From the NCBI GenBank assembly GCA_965242485.1, contig CBDESM010000003.1, forward strand, positions 1,549,362 through 1,613,361: a DNA stretch of 64,000 bases, read 5' to 3'. Positions 53,068 to 63,545 of this stretch are shown here, in pieces (the stretch's first letter is position 1; every line of letters begins with the position of its first letter). A program made the position numbers and the translations under genes. Under the pieces are notes generated by a model. It made no database searches and was not told the DNA's origin. It saw only the letters and a program-made list of their open reading frames with translations. This DNA is from Dehalococcoidia bacterium. GTDB lineage: Bacteria > Chloroflexota > Dehalococcoidia > Bin125.

Positions 53068-54954
53068 CTACAGCTCGCGCTTGAGCGTCTCGGCCAGCTG
53101 CAGCGTCAATCCCGGCGTCGCCGCGATGTCCGACGCCTCCGCCTCGCGGATCGCCTTGAGCGAGCCGAACTTGCGCAGCAGCGCCTTCTTCCGCGCCGGC
53201 CCGATCCCCGCGATCCGGTCCAGCGGCGACTGCGATGCCCGCCGCGCCCGCACCCGCCGGTGGTACGAAATCGCGAACCGGTGCGCCTCGTCGCGGATGC
53301 GCTGCACCAGGTACATCCCCTGCGAGCGCCGGTCGAGCCGCACCGGCTCGGCTGAATCGACTTGGAACAGCAGCTCCTCCCGCTTGGCCAGCCCCACCAG
53401 CGGGATGTCGTCGACCGCCGCGTTGCGCATCACGTCGGCCGCGGCCGAGACCTGCCCGCGCCCCCCGTCGACGATCACCAGATCGGGCACGGCCCCCCAG
53501 CCCTCGCGCTCTTCCTCGCTCGGCTCCGCCGACGGGTCCGCGCCGGACTCGCGCCGTTCCCGCCGCGCCTCAGAGAGCCGCTTGAAGCGGCGCCCGATCA
53601 CCTCGGCCATCGACGCGAAGTCGTTGGGCCCCTCGCCGTCCTGCGCGACCGCCTTGATCTGGAACCGCCGGTACTCGTTGCTGACCGGGCGGCCGCCGAT
53701 GAACACGACCATCGAGGCGACGGTGCTGTCGGACTGCGTGTTGGAGATGTCGTAGCACTCGATCCGCTCCGGCCGGCGGGGCAGGCTGAGCGCCTCTTCG
53801 ATCTCGTCCAGCGCCGCGTCCGTCCGCTGCCGGTCGGCCATCCACTGGACCCGCCGCATCTGCAGTGCCTCGGCCGCGTTCTCCTCGGCCATCTCGACCA
53901 GCCGGCGCCGCTCGCCGCGCTGCGGGCGCCTCAGCTCGACCCTGCCCCCCCGCCGCTCCGCCAGCCAGGCCGCGACCAGCTCGGCCTCGCCGATCTCCTC
54001 CGGCACCAGCACCAGCTTGGGCACCTGCACCGCTCCCTCGTAGTACTGCCGCAGGAACGAGGAGAGCACGTCGGCCGGCGCTTCGTCGCGCACCCCCGCC
54101 AGCGCGAAATGGTCCGATCCCGTCATCTTCCGCCCGCGGATGAACAGCACCTGCACGACCGCCTCGTCGCCGTCCACGGCCATCCCGAACGCGTCGATCT
54201 CGGAGGCCTGCACGTCGGCGGTGAGCTGCTGCTCGGTGACCTTCTCGACCGCCGCGAGCTGATCGCGCAGCCGCGCCGCGCGCTCGAACTCCATCGCCTC
54301 AGCCGCCTCCGACATCTCCCGCCGCAGGTCGTCCGCGAGCTGCCCGCCGCGGCCCTCGAGGAAGAGGATCGTCTGGTCGATCACCGAGCGGTACTCCGCC
54401 TCGGTGCAGTACGACGTGCACGGCGCGATGCAGCGCTTGATGTAGTAGTCGAGGCAGGGCCTCGGGTCGTCGCCCGTGATCTCCTTGTCGCAGGAGCGCC
54501 AGGGGAACAGCTTCTTGACCAGATCGAGCGAGGTGCGCACCGACTTGGCCGAGGCGTAGGGGCCGAAATAGCGCGCCCCGTCCTTCTGCACCCGCCGCGT
54601 GATCGTCACCCGCGGCCAGGGCGAATCGACGTCGATCTTGAGGTACGGGTAGTGCTTGTCGTCCTTCAGCCGCACGTTGAAGAAGGGCTGGTGGCGCTTG
54701 ACCAGTGTCGCCTCCAAGTGCAGCGCGTCCTGCTCGCTGCGCGTGGTCACGTACTCGACCGAGGCGATCCGCGAGGCGAGCACGCGGGTCTTGCCCTCGA
54801 GCGAGCGCGGCGAGCCGAAGTAGGAGCGCACCCGCGACTTGAGGTTGGCCGCCTTGCCGACGTAGATCACGCCCCCGTCGCCGCCGCGGAAGGTGTAGAC
54901 GCCGGGCTTGGCCGGGACGGCGGCGACTTGGGCTCGGAGTTCTTCCGAAGTCAC
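53068..54954 (-). CDS. uvrC: Excinuclease ABC subunit C
   Basis: GIY-YIG N-terminus (PGVYTFRGGDGGVIYVGKA), UvrBC domain, C-terminal HhH. Confidence 0.9.
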   Translation of the reverse strand: MTSEELRAQVAAVPAKPGVYTFRGGDGGVIYVGKAANLKSRVRSYFGSPRSLEGKTRVLASRIASVEYVTTRSEQDALHLEATLVKRHQPFFNVRLKDDKHYPYLKIDVDSPWPRVTITRRVQKDGARYFGPYASAKSVRTSLDLVKKLFPWRSCDKEITGDDPRPCLDYYIKRCIAPCTSYCTEAEYRSVIDQTILFLEGRGGQLADDLRREMSEAAEAMEFERAARLRDQLAAVEKVTEQQLTADVQASEIDAFGMAVDGDEAVVQVLFIRGRKMTGSDHFALAGVRDEAPADVLSSFLRQYYEGAVQVPKLVLVPEEIGEAELVAAWLAERRGGRVELRRPQRGERRRLVEMAEENAAEALQMRRVQWMADRQRTDAALDEIEEALSLPRRPERIECYDISNTQSDSTVASMVVFIGGRPVSNEYRRFQIKAVAQDGEGPNDFASMAEVIGRRFKRLSEARRERRESGADPSAEPSEEEREGWGAVPDLVIVDGGRGQVSAAADVMRNAAVDDIPLVGLAKREELLFQVDSAEPVRLDRRSQGMYLVQRIRDEAHRFAISYHRRVRARRASQSPLDRIAGIGPARKKALLRKFGSLKAIREAEASDIAATPGLTLQLAETLKREL

Positions 54955-55034
54955 GCGCTCAGGGTATCGGGACGGCGCCGGCTGGGGCCCGTCCGGGGAC
55001 TCGGGGGCAGATGCCGATGAAGGAAAGGGAAAGA

Positions 55035-55111
55035 TGGCGCGCCCGGCAGGACTTGAACCTGCGGCCTCTGCCTCCGCAGGGCAGCGCTCTAATCCGCTGA
55101 GCTACGGGCGC
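55035..55111 (-). tRNA. tRNA-Arg (anticodon reads GCG)
   Basis: Cloverleaf; anticodon loop CTGCGGA; T-loop GGTTCAAGTCC. Confidence 0.7.
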
Positions 55112-55153
55112 GGGTCGCGTCGCGGCCGCGGGGGCCGCGCTGCGGGTGATGGA

Positions 55154-55240
<87 letters not shown>

Positions 55241-55319
55241 ACGCGGCTCGGCGCGCCATGCGCGCCGCTGCTCCTCGCTTTCGGCGGCGCCCCGCCGGGC
55301 GTCCGCAACGTTGGGCGGC

Positions 55320-55397
55320 TGGTGGGCGATGCAGGACTTGAACCTGCGGCCTCTCGGATGTGAACCGAACGCTCTAGCCAGCTGAGCTAATCGCCCC
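55320..55397 (-). tRNA. tRNA-Val (anticodon CAC)
   Basis: Anticodon loop TTCACAT; T-loop GGTTCAAGTCC. Confidence 0.8.
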
Positions 55398-55432
55398 CTT
55401 GGTTCGGCAACGCCGCCCGGCGCTTCGCGGCG

Positions 55433-55508
55433 GTGGTAGCAGCGGCAGGACTCGAACCTGCGACACGGGGCTTATGAGTCCCCTGCTCTGCCAACTGAGC
55501 TACGCTGC
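55433..55508 (-). tRNA. tRNA-Met (anticodon CAT)
   Basis: Anticodon loop CTCATAA; T-loop GGTTCGAGTCC; G1.U72 wobble. Confidence 0.7.
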
Positions 55509-55707
55509 CGCGCCTCACGGCCGGCGGGCCCGCGCGGCGGCGCCCGCCTCCCGCAACGCTATCCGCATCGCCCCCGCTCGTCAAAGCGCTCCGCCGGACC
55601 CCGCCGGCGGGCGCGCAGCGCGGCCGTTCGCCTACGATCAGGTGCAGACAGGCAGAAGCGGCCCGCACCCGGCGCCGCGCCGGCCCGCGCAGGGGAGCGC
55701 GCGAACG

Positions 55708-56277
55708 ATGCCCGACTCGGAGCTGCTGCGGACCCTGCGCGGACGCCTGCTGGTCGCCGCGCCCTCGCTCGGCGACGCCAACTTCTTCCGCACCGTCATC
55801 CTCATGCTCGAACACCACGGCGGCACACTCGGCCTCGTCCTCAACCGCCCCTCCTCGATCACCATCGCCGAAGCCGCCCCCGATTGGGCTGCCCTCGTCG
55901 GACGCCCCGGCATGGTCTTCCAAGGCGGCCCGGTCGAGCGCACCTCCGCGATCGGCCTCGCCCGCTACGACCCGGACGCCGACCTCGATCCCGGCCTCGT
56001 CACCCCGCTGCACGGCGACGTCGGCATCGTCGACCTCGCCCGCGGTCCCGAAGGCGTCGCCGGCCGCGTCCGCGACATCCGCATCTTCTCCGGCTACGCC
56101 GGCTGGGCAGAAGGCCAGCTCGAGGGCGAGATCGAGGACGGCGGCTGGCTCGTGCTCGACGCCGCCACGTTCGATTCGCTCACCCCCGATACGGCCGCGC
56201 TCTGGCCCCGCGGCCTCTACCGCGCCTTCGCCAACGGCCCTTGGGACAACGCCGTCGTCTACCGCGGCGACAACTGA
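55708..56277 (+). CDS. YqgE/AlgH family protein (UPF0301)
   Basis: Conserved family sequence (LVAAPSLGDANFFRTVILMLEH). Confidence 0.75.
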   Translation: MPDSELLRTLRGRLLVAAPSLGDANFFRTVILMLEHHGGTLGLVLNRPSSITIAEAAPDWAALVGRPGMVFQGGPVERTSAIGLARYDPDADLDPGLVTPLHGDVGIVDLARGPEGVAGRVRDIRIFSGYAGWAEGQLEGEIEDGGWLVLDAATFDSLTPDTAALWPRGLYRAFANGPWDNAVVYRGDN

Positions 56278-56285
56278 GCGCGCGC

Positions 56286-57470
56286 ATGGAACTCCTCCGC
56301 AGCATCTCCCGCCGGCTCGACTCTTGGGTCCAGTTCACCGTCCTCCGCCGTCCGCGCAACGTCCGCGAAGCCGCCAACCGCGCGCTGATCCTCGCCCTCG
56401 TCGTGCTCGCCGCCGTCTCGCCCGTCTTCATCAGCTCCGACCCCGGCGACGTCGACCAGGGCGCTTCCGACGAGTTCGCCGCGCTGCAAGCAGAGCTGGC
56501 GGAGGCCCGCGCCGACCTCGAAGCGCTGGACGGCGGCACGGCCGCGGCCGCCGACTTGCGCGAACGCATCGCCGAACTCGAAGACGCGACCCGGCTCGGC
56601 TACATCGAACGCGACGGGGACGCCGCCCGTCGCAACGCCCTCGCGCCCGACTTTCGCCTACTCGATCTCGAAGGCGACCCCGTCCGCCTCGCCGACTTCG
56701 AGACGCCGGTCGTGCTCAACTTCTGGGCCTCTTGGTGCCAGCCCTGCATCCAGGAAATGCCCGACTTCCAGCGCCTCCACGAGCAGTACGGCGACCGCCT
56801 CGCCATGATCGGCGTCAACGATGGCGAAGACCTCGCCACCGCCGCCGAGTTCGCCGGACCCAACCGCACCGATGTCCGCTACCGCATCCTGATCGACCCC
56901 TCCAAGTCGCTCACCGACGGCCCCTACCGCCTGATCGGACGCCCCACCACCTACTACATCGACGCCGGCGGCATCATCCGCGACATCCGCGTCGGTGAAC
57001 ACGACCTCGAGACGATGCGCGAGCTCGCCGCCAACCTGCTCGGCGAAGAGCCCGCCGAACAATCGGCGGAAGAGGCGACCGGCGACTACCCCGCCGACGC
57101 CGCAACCCTGCTCGAATCGATCACCGCCAACTTCAACGCCGCCCAAGCCGAATTCGCCCGCGCCGCCGAGGACGCCGCCCTCTACGACGACCCAGCCTGG
57201 CGCCGCAACGCCGCCGCCCAAGCCGCCATCTGGCAGGAACGCATCGACCGCTGGCGCGAGCTGGAACCGCCGACGCAATACGCCGACCTCCACACCGCAG
57301 TGAACCGCCCCCTCAACGTCATCCGCATCGCCGCCGACCTCCTCACCCAAGCCCTGACCGCCCAAGACCAGCCCGCCACAGAAACCGCCATCCAGACCTT
57401 CCAAACCGCCCTCTCCGACTACACCGGAGCAGCCGACGACCTCTCCGACGTCCTAGAAGCCGCGCAATGA
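56286..57470 (+). CDS. TlpA/ResA-like thiol-disulfide oxidoreductase with N-terminal TM anchor and long C-terminal helical extension
   Basis: Thioredoxin fold with WASWCQPC (CxxC) motif; signal-anchor helix. Confidence 0.65.
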   Translation: MELLRSISRRLDSWVQFTVLRRPRNVREAANRALILALVVLAAVSPVFISSDPGDVDQGASDEFAALQAELAEARADLEALDGGTAAAADLRERIAELEDATRLGYIERDGDAARRNALAPDFRLLDLEGDPVRLADFETPVVLNFWASWCQPCIQEMPDFQRLHEQYGDRLAMIGVNDGEDLATAAEFAGPNRTDVRYRILIDPSKSLTDGPYRLIGRPTTYYIDAGGIIRDIRVGEHDLETMRELAANLLGEEPAEQSAEEATGDYPADAATLLESITANFNAAQAEFARAAEDAALYDDPAWRRNAAAQAAIWQERIDRWRELEPPTQYADLHTAVNRPLNVIRIAADLLTQALTAQDQPATETAIQTFQTALSDYTGAADDLSDVLEAAQ

Positions 57471-57502
57471 GTCGCGCGAATGGCGAGTAGGCTGCCCCAA
57501 AC

Positions 57503-57578
57503 GGGCGATTAGCTCAGCGGCCAGAGCGTCCGGTTTACACCCGGAAGGCCGGAGGTTCGACCCCTCCATCGCCCACCA
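57503..57578 (+). tRNA. tRNA-Val (anticodon TAC)
   Basis: Cloverleaf; anticodon loop TTTACAC; T-loop GGTTCGACCCC; CCA encoded. Confidence 0.85.
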
Positions 57579-57638
57579 AGCCGACGATTCTTGACGAGAG
57601 ATCGCGCATACCCGTAGCCTCTCCAGCGCTCAGGAGAC

Positions 57639-58286
57639 GTGGCGATGACCCGCTCGACACCGCCAATCACTTGGACTCAGGCGCTTGGTGCGCCAACCCC
57701 AAGCGCATCGCTGCTCGGTATGCGAAAAGGTGATGTGGTGAAGGGCTGCGTCTGCGAAGTACGGAGTGCCTCGGTCAATGTGAGATTGATGAACGGGGAA
57801 TATGGCTGGGCACACGACCTAGGACTTGGGCTCGATGGTGACGAGCAGCCACAGGACCGATACCGCGAGGGAGATTTGGTATCTGCGGAGGTGACCGGTC
57901 TCGATCGTGGCAATGAGTGCGTCACGTTGTCGATTCGCTGGCACGTGCCCAACCCTTATCAATGGCTGTCGCCAGCGTCTACGGCTTCCAGATATCCTGC
58001 TCCGCAGCTGAATGGGATGCAATCCGGCTCTTGGTTGTATGCGTCCATCCGAGAAGTGCGGGAGACCGGGCTGCGCGTAGTTGCGCAGAATGTGCCCGGT
58101 TGGATTGATCGTCGGGATGCCGGCATCTCGGAGGAGGCCGCCGTTGCTGACTACCACCGAACTGGCGGGGCCATATGGGTGCGGGTGACTGGCGTGAATC
58201 ATGTCGGTGGGGAATTCACTGCGCGGGCGGTTTCGCCACCGTCCCCCCAGCCAGTCGCCGGCCGTTGGTACGAAGCTATCCGTTAG
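57639..58286 (+). CDS. Small protein with two S1-like OB-fold domains; paralog of the repeat unit of the large S1-Schlafen protein
   Basis: Lower GC than its neighbours; [16 protein letters not shown] resembles [16 protein letters not shown] of the large-protein repeats. Confidence 0.5.
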   Translation: MAMTRSTPPITWTQALGAPTPSASLLGMRKGDVVKGCVCEVRSASVNVRLMNGEYGWAHDLGLGLDGDEQPQDRYREGDLVSAEVTGLDRGNECVTLSIRWHVPNPYQWLSPASTASRYPAPQLNGMQSGSWLYASIREVRETGLRVVAQNVPGWIDRRDAGISEEAAVADYHRTGGAIWVRVTGVNHVGGEFTARAVSPPSPQPVAGRWYEAIR

Positions 58287-58305
58287 CCGTGGCGAGGAGT
58301 TGCGC

Positions 58306-59989
58306 GATGACCGCTGAAGAACAGCTGGCGAGCTGGCGCGAGGGGACCTATGGGAAGGCGGTCTCGCGGTTTCCGGAGCGGCGGGGGGAGTTCCGGCGCT
58401 CTTCGGGGGGGGCGCTGGAGCCCGTCTATGTGGGGGGGGACGGGGATGGGGTGCCGTTGCCGGGGGAGTTCCCGTATACGCGGGGGATTCAGCCGACCAT
58501 GTACAGGGGGCGGCTGTGGACGATGCGGCAGTACGCGGGGCAGGAGGATGCGGAGGCCTCGAACCGGCGCTACCGCTTCCTGCTCGAGCAGGGGCAGACG
58601 GGGCTCTCCGTCGCCTTCGACCTGCCGACGCAGATCGGCTACGACTCCGACGCGCCGATGGCCGAGGGCGAGGTGGGCAAGGTCGGCGTCGCGATTGATT
58701 CCATCGACGACATGCGGACGCTGTTCGACCAGATCCCGCTCGACCGGGTGACGACCTCGATGACGATCAACGCGACCGCGGCGATCCTGCTCTCGCTCTA
58801 CGCCGCCGTCGGCGAGGAGCAGGGCGTGGCGCTGGACAAGATCGGCGGCACGGTCCAGAACGACATCCTCAAGGAATACGTCGCGCGCGGCACCTACATC
58901 TACCCGCCCGCGCCCTCAATGCGGCTGATCACGGACACCTTCGCCTACTGCACTGAGAACGTGCCGCGCTGGAACACGATCTCGATCTCCGGCTACCACA
59001 TGCGCGAGGCCGGCTGCACGGCCGCGCAGGAGATCGGCTTCACGCTGGCCAACGCCATCGCCTACGTCGAGGCCGCGCAGGCCGCCGGGCTCGCCTTCGA
59101 CGACTTCGGCCCGCGCCTCTCCTTCTTCTTCGCCTGCCACTCCAATTTCCTCGAGGAGGTCGCCAAGTTCCGCGCCGCCCGCCGGCTCTGGGCGACCATC
59201 GCCCGCGACCGCTTCGGCTCAGCCAACGAGCGCGCCCAGATGCTGCGCTTCCACACCCAGACCGGCGGCGTCACCCTGACCGCGCAGCAGCCCGACAACA
59301 ACGTGATCCGCACGGCCCTGCAAGCGCTCGCCGCGGTGCTCGGCGGCACCCAATCGCTGCACACCAACTCGCTCGACGAAGCGCTCGGCCTGCCCTCCGA
59401 GCACGCCGTCGAGATCGCCCTCCGCACCCAGCAGGTGATCGGCTACGAAAGCGGCGTCGCCGACGTGATCGACCCGCTCGGCGGCTCCCACTACATCGAG
59501 CAGACCACCGACCAGCTCGAGGACGAAGCCCGCCGCATCATCGACCAGGTCGACGCCCTCGGCGGCGCCGTCTCCGCCATCGAAGACGGCTTCCAGCAGT
59601 CCGAAATCCTGGCCGCCGCCACCGAGTTCCAGCACGAAGTCGAGACCGAAGTCGAAGCCGCCCGCGCCGGCGACGGCTCCGCCGGCGCCAAAGGCCGCGT
59701 CATTGTAGGCGTCAACCGCTTCCAGACCGAAGAACCCACCGACGTGGAGATCGTCCGCGTGGACCCCAGCGTCCGCGAACGCCAAACCGAAAAACTCGCC
59801 CGCCTCCGCGACGCCCGCGACGAAGCCGCAGTCCGCGCCGCCCTCGACCAGATCTCCCAAGCCGCCGCCGGCGACGAAAACCTGCTCCCCCTGATGCTCA
59901 ACGCCGTCAAAACCTCCGCCACCCTAGGCGAAATCTCCAACGCCCTCCGCCAAGTCTGGGGCGAATACCGCGAACGCATCGTGGTCTAG
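58306..59989 (+). CDS. Methylmalonyl-CoA mutase family protein, substrate-binding (N-terminal TIM-barrel) domain only
   Basis: MCM large-subunit catalytic-domain sequence ([20 protein letters not shown]); no B12-binding domain in this ORF. Confidence 0.8.
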
Positions 59990-62643
59990 CGATCCTCGTC
60001 CTCAACGGCAGCACGCTGGTTGCGCTTCACCAAATGATCACGGATTGCCTCGCGGGTATGGAGTCGCTCGGTGCTATCTCCTTTGCGGGCATAGAATTCT
60101 GATTTGCCCTTCACGATCCAGTTTGCCCCGGATTCGGGGCCCGGATCACAGCTGACGATCAACAGGGTTTTACCACGGATAGTCACTGTTTCCCAAACAA
60201 CAAGCGTCACGATGTCAAAATCTTCCAAAGGGTTGCCTGAATGAATATTCTGCAGATTACTGTGAAGGATCTGATTCGCGCTATCAATCTTCTTATCGAT
60301 AGTATCACCTGCCAAACCTTGATCTGCTTCAAGGCCGACCACATCTCGGTTGCTGTCTTCAATGCCGATGATCAGCCGACCTCCATCTGTGTTGAGAAAA
60401 CCGACGACTGTGCGAATCGCCTCGCGAGTCATTTCACGTGTATCGTCAGCTGATTCATCTCCTTTCAAGACCGCTTTGAATTCTAGCGTTTGCGATTCTG
60501 ATTCTCCAATCAGTGCCTCAAGCCACTGGTCGCGGTGTTCGGCAGTGATATGGTGGTTGTCATAGTCAATGCTGGTTACACGAATCGGGATAGTTTCTCC
60601 GATCCGATCGCGACGGGATCTGCTGGGCTTGTCAGATTCGGGGATATGTTCAGGAGAGATTATGGCCAGCAGCCCAGAACCGAGGTCAACTTGGGCTGCC
60701 CTTGAGCTGACCGTGCGCAGTTCTGCATTGACCTCGCTACCAACTTCAAACTTTGCCACGAGATCCTGCCAGCGAGCATCAAAATCCTTTAGCGAGACGA
60801 TTGCGGAACCTCCCTCGGGGTCAACAGATTCGATGACGACACCAAGAGGGTGGTTGGCCTTGAAAGACATAAACTCGGCTGCATCAGCCGGGCTAAATTC
60901 TTCTTCCCGAATATATCCTGTGATCGGACCAAGATCGACCGCGACACGTTGTTCATCATCTGGCATCGCAGCCTCAGGGATGACCACAGCATTAGACACG
61001 AGCACCCCATCTGCGAATTGTGCGACATAGTCTTTCCAATCGCCTATAGCACGGCGATGCGATAACCGGTTGGCCAAGCCATCATCACCGATATCAAGTA
61101 CGACGACATCGATCTCCGAATTGGATTCGAAACGAAATTGCCGTTCAACAAAGCAATCTAGCTCATGATTAGGAATGAAAACATTCGTACTCGCAACAAG
61201 GACGTTGATGCCACCGATTCGGCTACCTCGCACTACAGCTTTGATCGTCGCGCCCACGGCGTGGGCCTTGAGCTCGGCTGCTCGTGATTGATTGCTGAGA
61301 ATAATCATGCGACTCTCACGGTCGATCTGCCAGACGAACAGGTTCTGCACAATGTCCCTGGTTTTGTAGAGGTCCGTTGCCATTTCACCTGTTGGCACCG
61401 GCCATTCGCCTGCGGGGACAACGCCGATCACACCATTGATGTCTACCCAGAGCGAATTGGGTAGCACATCCGTGGCTGTGCCTGAGACGCCGACACCGAC
61501 ATAGAGCTTATCAAGCGTGTCAAGGTAGCCAGGCATGTTGCGACGGATGGAGAGTCCGAGATGACGAGAGTCCCGGTCGATCCACCAGACGAACAGGCCC
61601 TGCACTGTGTCGCCTGTCTTGTAGAGGTCTGTGGCCATCTCGCCGGTTGGCAGTGGCCATTCTCCTGTAGGGACGGCACCAATCACGCCATCAATGTCTA
61701 GCCAGAGCGTGTCGGGCAACACTGCCATGGCGGTGCCGGAAACGATGTCGCCGACATGGTACTTGTCAAACGCATCAAGGTAGCCAGGTACATTGCGACG
61801 GATAGAGAGTCTAAGTTCCCGAGAGTTGCGGTCGGTCTGCCAGACAAACAAGTCCTGCACTGTATCACCTGTTTTGTAGAGATCTGTAGCCATCTCACCG
61901 GTTGGCAGCGGCCATTCTGCTATAGGAACGAAGCTGATTACGCCATTGACGTCCAACCAGAGCTCGTCAGGTAGCACTGTTGTGGCGGTGCCGGAGACGA
62001 CGTCGCCGACGCGGTGCTTGTCAAGTACATCAAGGTAGCCGGGCGCATTGCGACGGATAGAGAGTCCGAGTTCCCGAGAGTTGCGGTCGATCCGCCAGAC
62101 GAACAGGTCCTGCACAGTGTCACCGGCCTCGTAGAGGTCGGTTGCCATTTCGCCTGTAGGCAGCGGCCATTCGGCTGTGGGGACAAAGCCGATCACGCCA
62201 TCAATGTCCAGCCAGAGCGTACTTGGCAGCACCGCCATGACGGTGCCGGAGACGACATTGCCGACACGGTGCTTGTCAAACGCATTGAGGTAACCGGGCG
62301 CATTGCGGCGAATGGAGAGTCCGAGATGGCGCTCCTCACGGTCGATCCGCCAGACGAACAGGTCCTGTACAGTGTCACCGGCCTTGTAGAGGTCGGTTGC
62401 CATTTCGCCTGTAGGCAGCGGCCATTCGGCTGTGGGGACAAAGCCGATCACGCCATTGATGTCCACCCAGAGCTCGTCAGGCAGCACCTCAGTGACAAGG
62501 CCAGTGACGTTGTCGCCGACATGGAGTTGCCCGAGCCGATCGTTGGTTATCGGGGAGGGAGGGCGAGCAGTCATTCCCCTATCACGTGATGGGCGCGGCA
62601 ACTTCTGGGGCGGCTTCCGGCGGGACTTCTTGGGCTTGGGCAT
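59986..62643 (-). CDS. Multi-S1-repeat protein with C-terminal Schlafen/AlbA_2 domain (putative RNA-sensing defence or stress protein)
   Basis: Lower-GC gene; about 8 S1-like OB repeats, 5 of them near-identical 74-aa units; C-terminus [11 protein letters not shown] ... [31 protein letters not shown] matches the AlbA_2/Schlafen N-terminal domain; start at MPKPKK. Confidence 0.7.
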   Translation of the reverse strand: MPKPKKSRRKPPQKLPRPSRDRGMTARPPSPITNDRLGQLHVGDNVTGLVTEVLPDELWVDINGVIGFVPTAEWPLPTGEMATDLYKAGDTVQDLFVWRIDREERHLGLSIRRNAPGYLNAFDKHRVGNVVSGTVMAVLPSTLWLDIDGVIGFVPTAEWPLPTGEMATDLYEAGDTVQDLFVWRIDRNSRELGLSIRRNAPGYLDVLDKHRVGDVVSGTATTVLPDELWLDVNGVISFVPIAEWPLPTGEMATDLYKTGDTVQDLFVWQTDRNSRELRLSIRRNVPGYLDAFDKYHVGDIVSGTAMAVLPDTLWLDIDGVIGAVPTGEWPLPTGEMATDLYKTGDTVQGLFVWWIDRDSRHLGLSIRRNMPGYLDTLDKLYVGVGVSGTATDVLPNSLWVDINGVIGVVPAGEWPVPTGEMATDLYKTRDIVQNLFVWQIDRESRMIILSNQSRAAELKAHAVGATIKAVVRGSRIGGINVLVASTNVFIPNHELDCFVERQFRFESNSEIDVVVLDIGDDGLANRLSHRRAIGDWKDYVAQFADGVLVSNAVVIPEAAMPDDEQRVAVDLGPITGYIREEEFSPADAAEFMSFKANHPLGVVIESVDPEGGSAIVSLKDFDARWQDLVAKFEVGSEVNAELRTVSSRAAQVDLGSGLLAIISPEHIPESDKPSRSRRDRIGETIPIRVTSIDYDNHHITAEHRDQWLEALIGESESQTLEFKAVLKGDESADDTREMTREAIRTVVGFLNTDGGRLIIGIEDSNRDVVGLEADQGLAGDTIDKKIDSANQILHSNLQNIHSGNPLEDFDIVTLVVWETVTIRGKTLLIVSCDPGPESGANWIVKGKSEFYARKGDSTERLHTREAIRDHLVKRNQRAAVEDEDR

Positions 62644-62697
62644 GGTGGGGAGTTTAGGGCATGTCGTAGACTGCGCTGCCGTAGAGGAGGGTCGGTC

Positions 62698-63516
62698 ATG
62701 GCATTGACGCGGATTCATCACATTGGGGTGGCGGTGCGGGATGCGGATGCTGCCGCGGCTGTTTGGGCTGAGGCGTTCGGGCTTTCTGTGGCGCTGGATG
62801 CGGAGCTGGAGGAGCAAGGGGTGCGGGGGGTGATCTTGCCGTTGGACAACTGCGAGATCGAGCTGCTGCAGCCGACGCGGGAGGGGACGGGGATCGCGAA
62901 GTACTTGGAGGCGAACGGGGAGGGGTTCCATCACGTCTGCTTCGAGTCGACCGATGTGGCGGGGGATTTGCGGGCGGCGGCGGACTCGGGGATGCAGATG
63001 ATCGACCGGGAGCCGCGGGTGGGGCTGACGGGGATGATCGGGTTCATCCATCCGCGCGAGAATCACGGGGTGCTGGTCGAGTACGCGCAGCCGCCGGAGG
63101 ATGCGCCGCGGCACGGCGGGCCGGCGGGGGACGACGCGGCGCACGCGCTGCACCACATGACCGTCGCGGTGCACGACGTGGCGGCCGTGGCGGCTGAGTT
63201 CGCGGGCAAGTTCGGGTTCGAGGGGCGGGAGCCGTTCGAGAACGCGGGGCTGGGGATCGCGGGGCAGTTCACGGATTTGGGGCCGACGGCGATCGAGCTG
63301 ATCACGGGGCTGCCAGGAGCGGCGGAGGGGCCGTTGCAGAAGCGGCTGGCGAATCAGGGCGAGGGGATGTTCATGATGGCGCTGACGGTGCGCGACGCGG
63401 AGGCGGCGGTGGCGCGGCTGCGCGGGCACGGGATGACCGTGACGGACGCGGGCGCGGGCGCCTTCATCTCCCCCCGCGGCACGTTCGGCGCGCGGGTGCG
63501 GCTCTCTGAGGCCTGA
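62698..63516 (+). CDS. Tandem VOC (glyoxalase-fold) protein, likely methylmalonyl-CoA epimerase
   Basis: Two VOC modules (HHIGVAVRD ... HHMTVAVHD); genomic association with the mutase-family gene. Confidence 0.65.
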   Translation: MALTRIHHIGVAVRDADAAAAVWAEAFGLSVALDAELEEQGVRGVILPLDNCEIELLQPTREGTGIAKYLEANGEGFHHVCFESTDVAGDLRAAADSGMQMIDREPRVGLTGMIGFIHPRENHGVLVEYAQPPEDAPRHGGPAGDDAAHALHHMTVAVHDVAAVAAEFAGKFGFEGREPFENAGLGIAGQFTDLGPTAIELITGLPGAAEGPLQKRLANQGEGMFMMALTVRDAEAAVARLRGHGMTVTDAGAGAFISPRGTFGARVRLSEA

Positions 63517-63545
63517 GGCATAATCCGAGGCATGGGAGGGATCAG

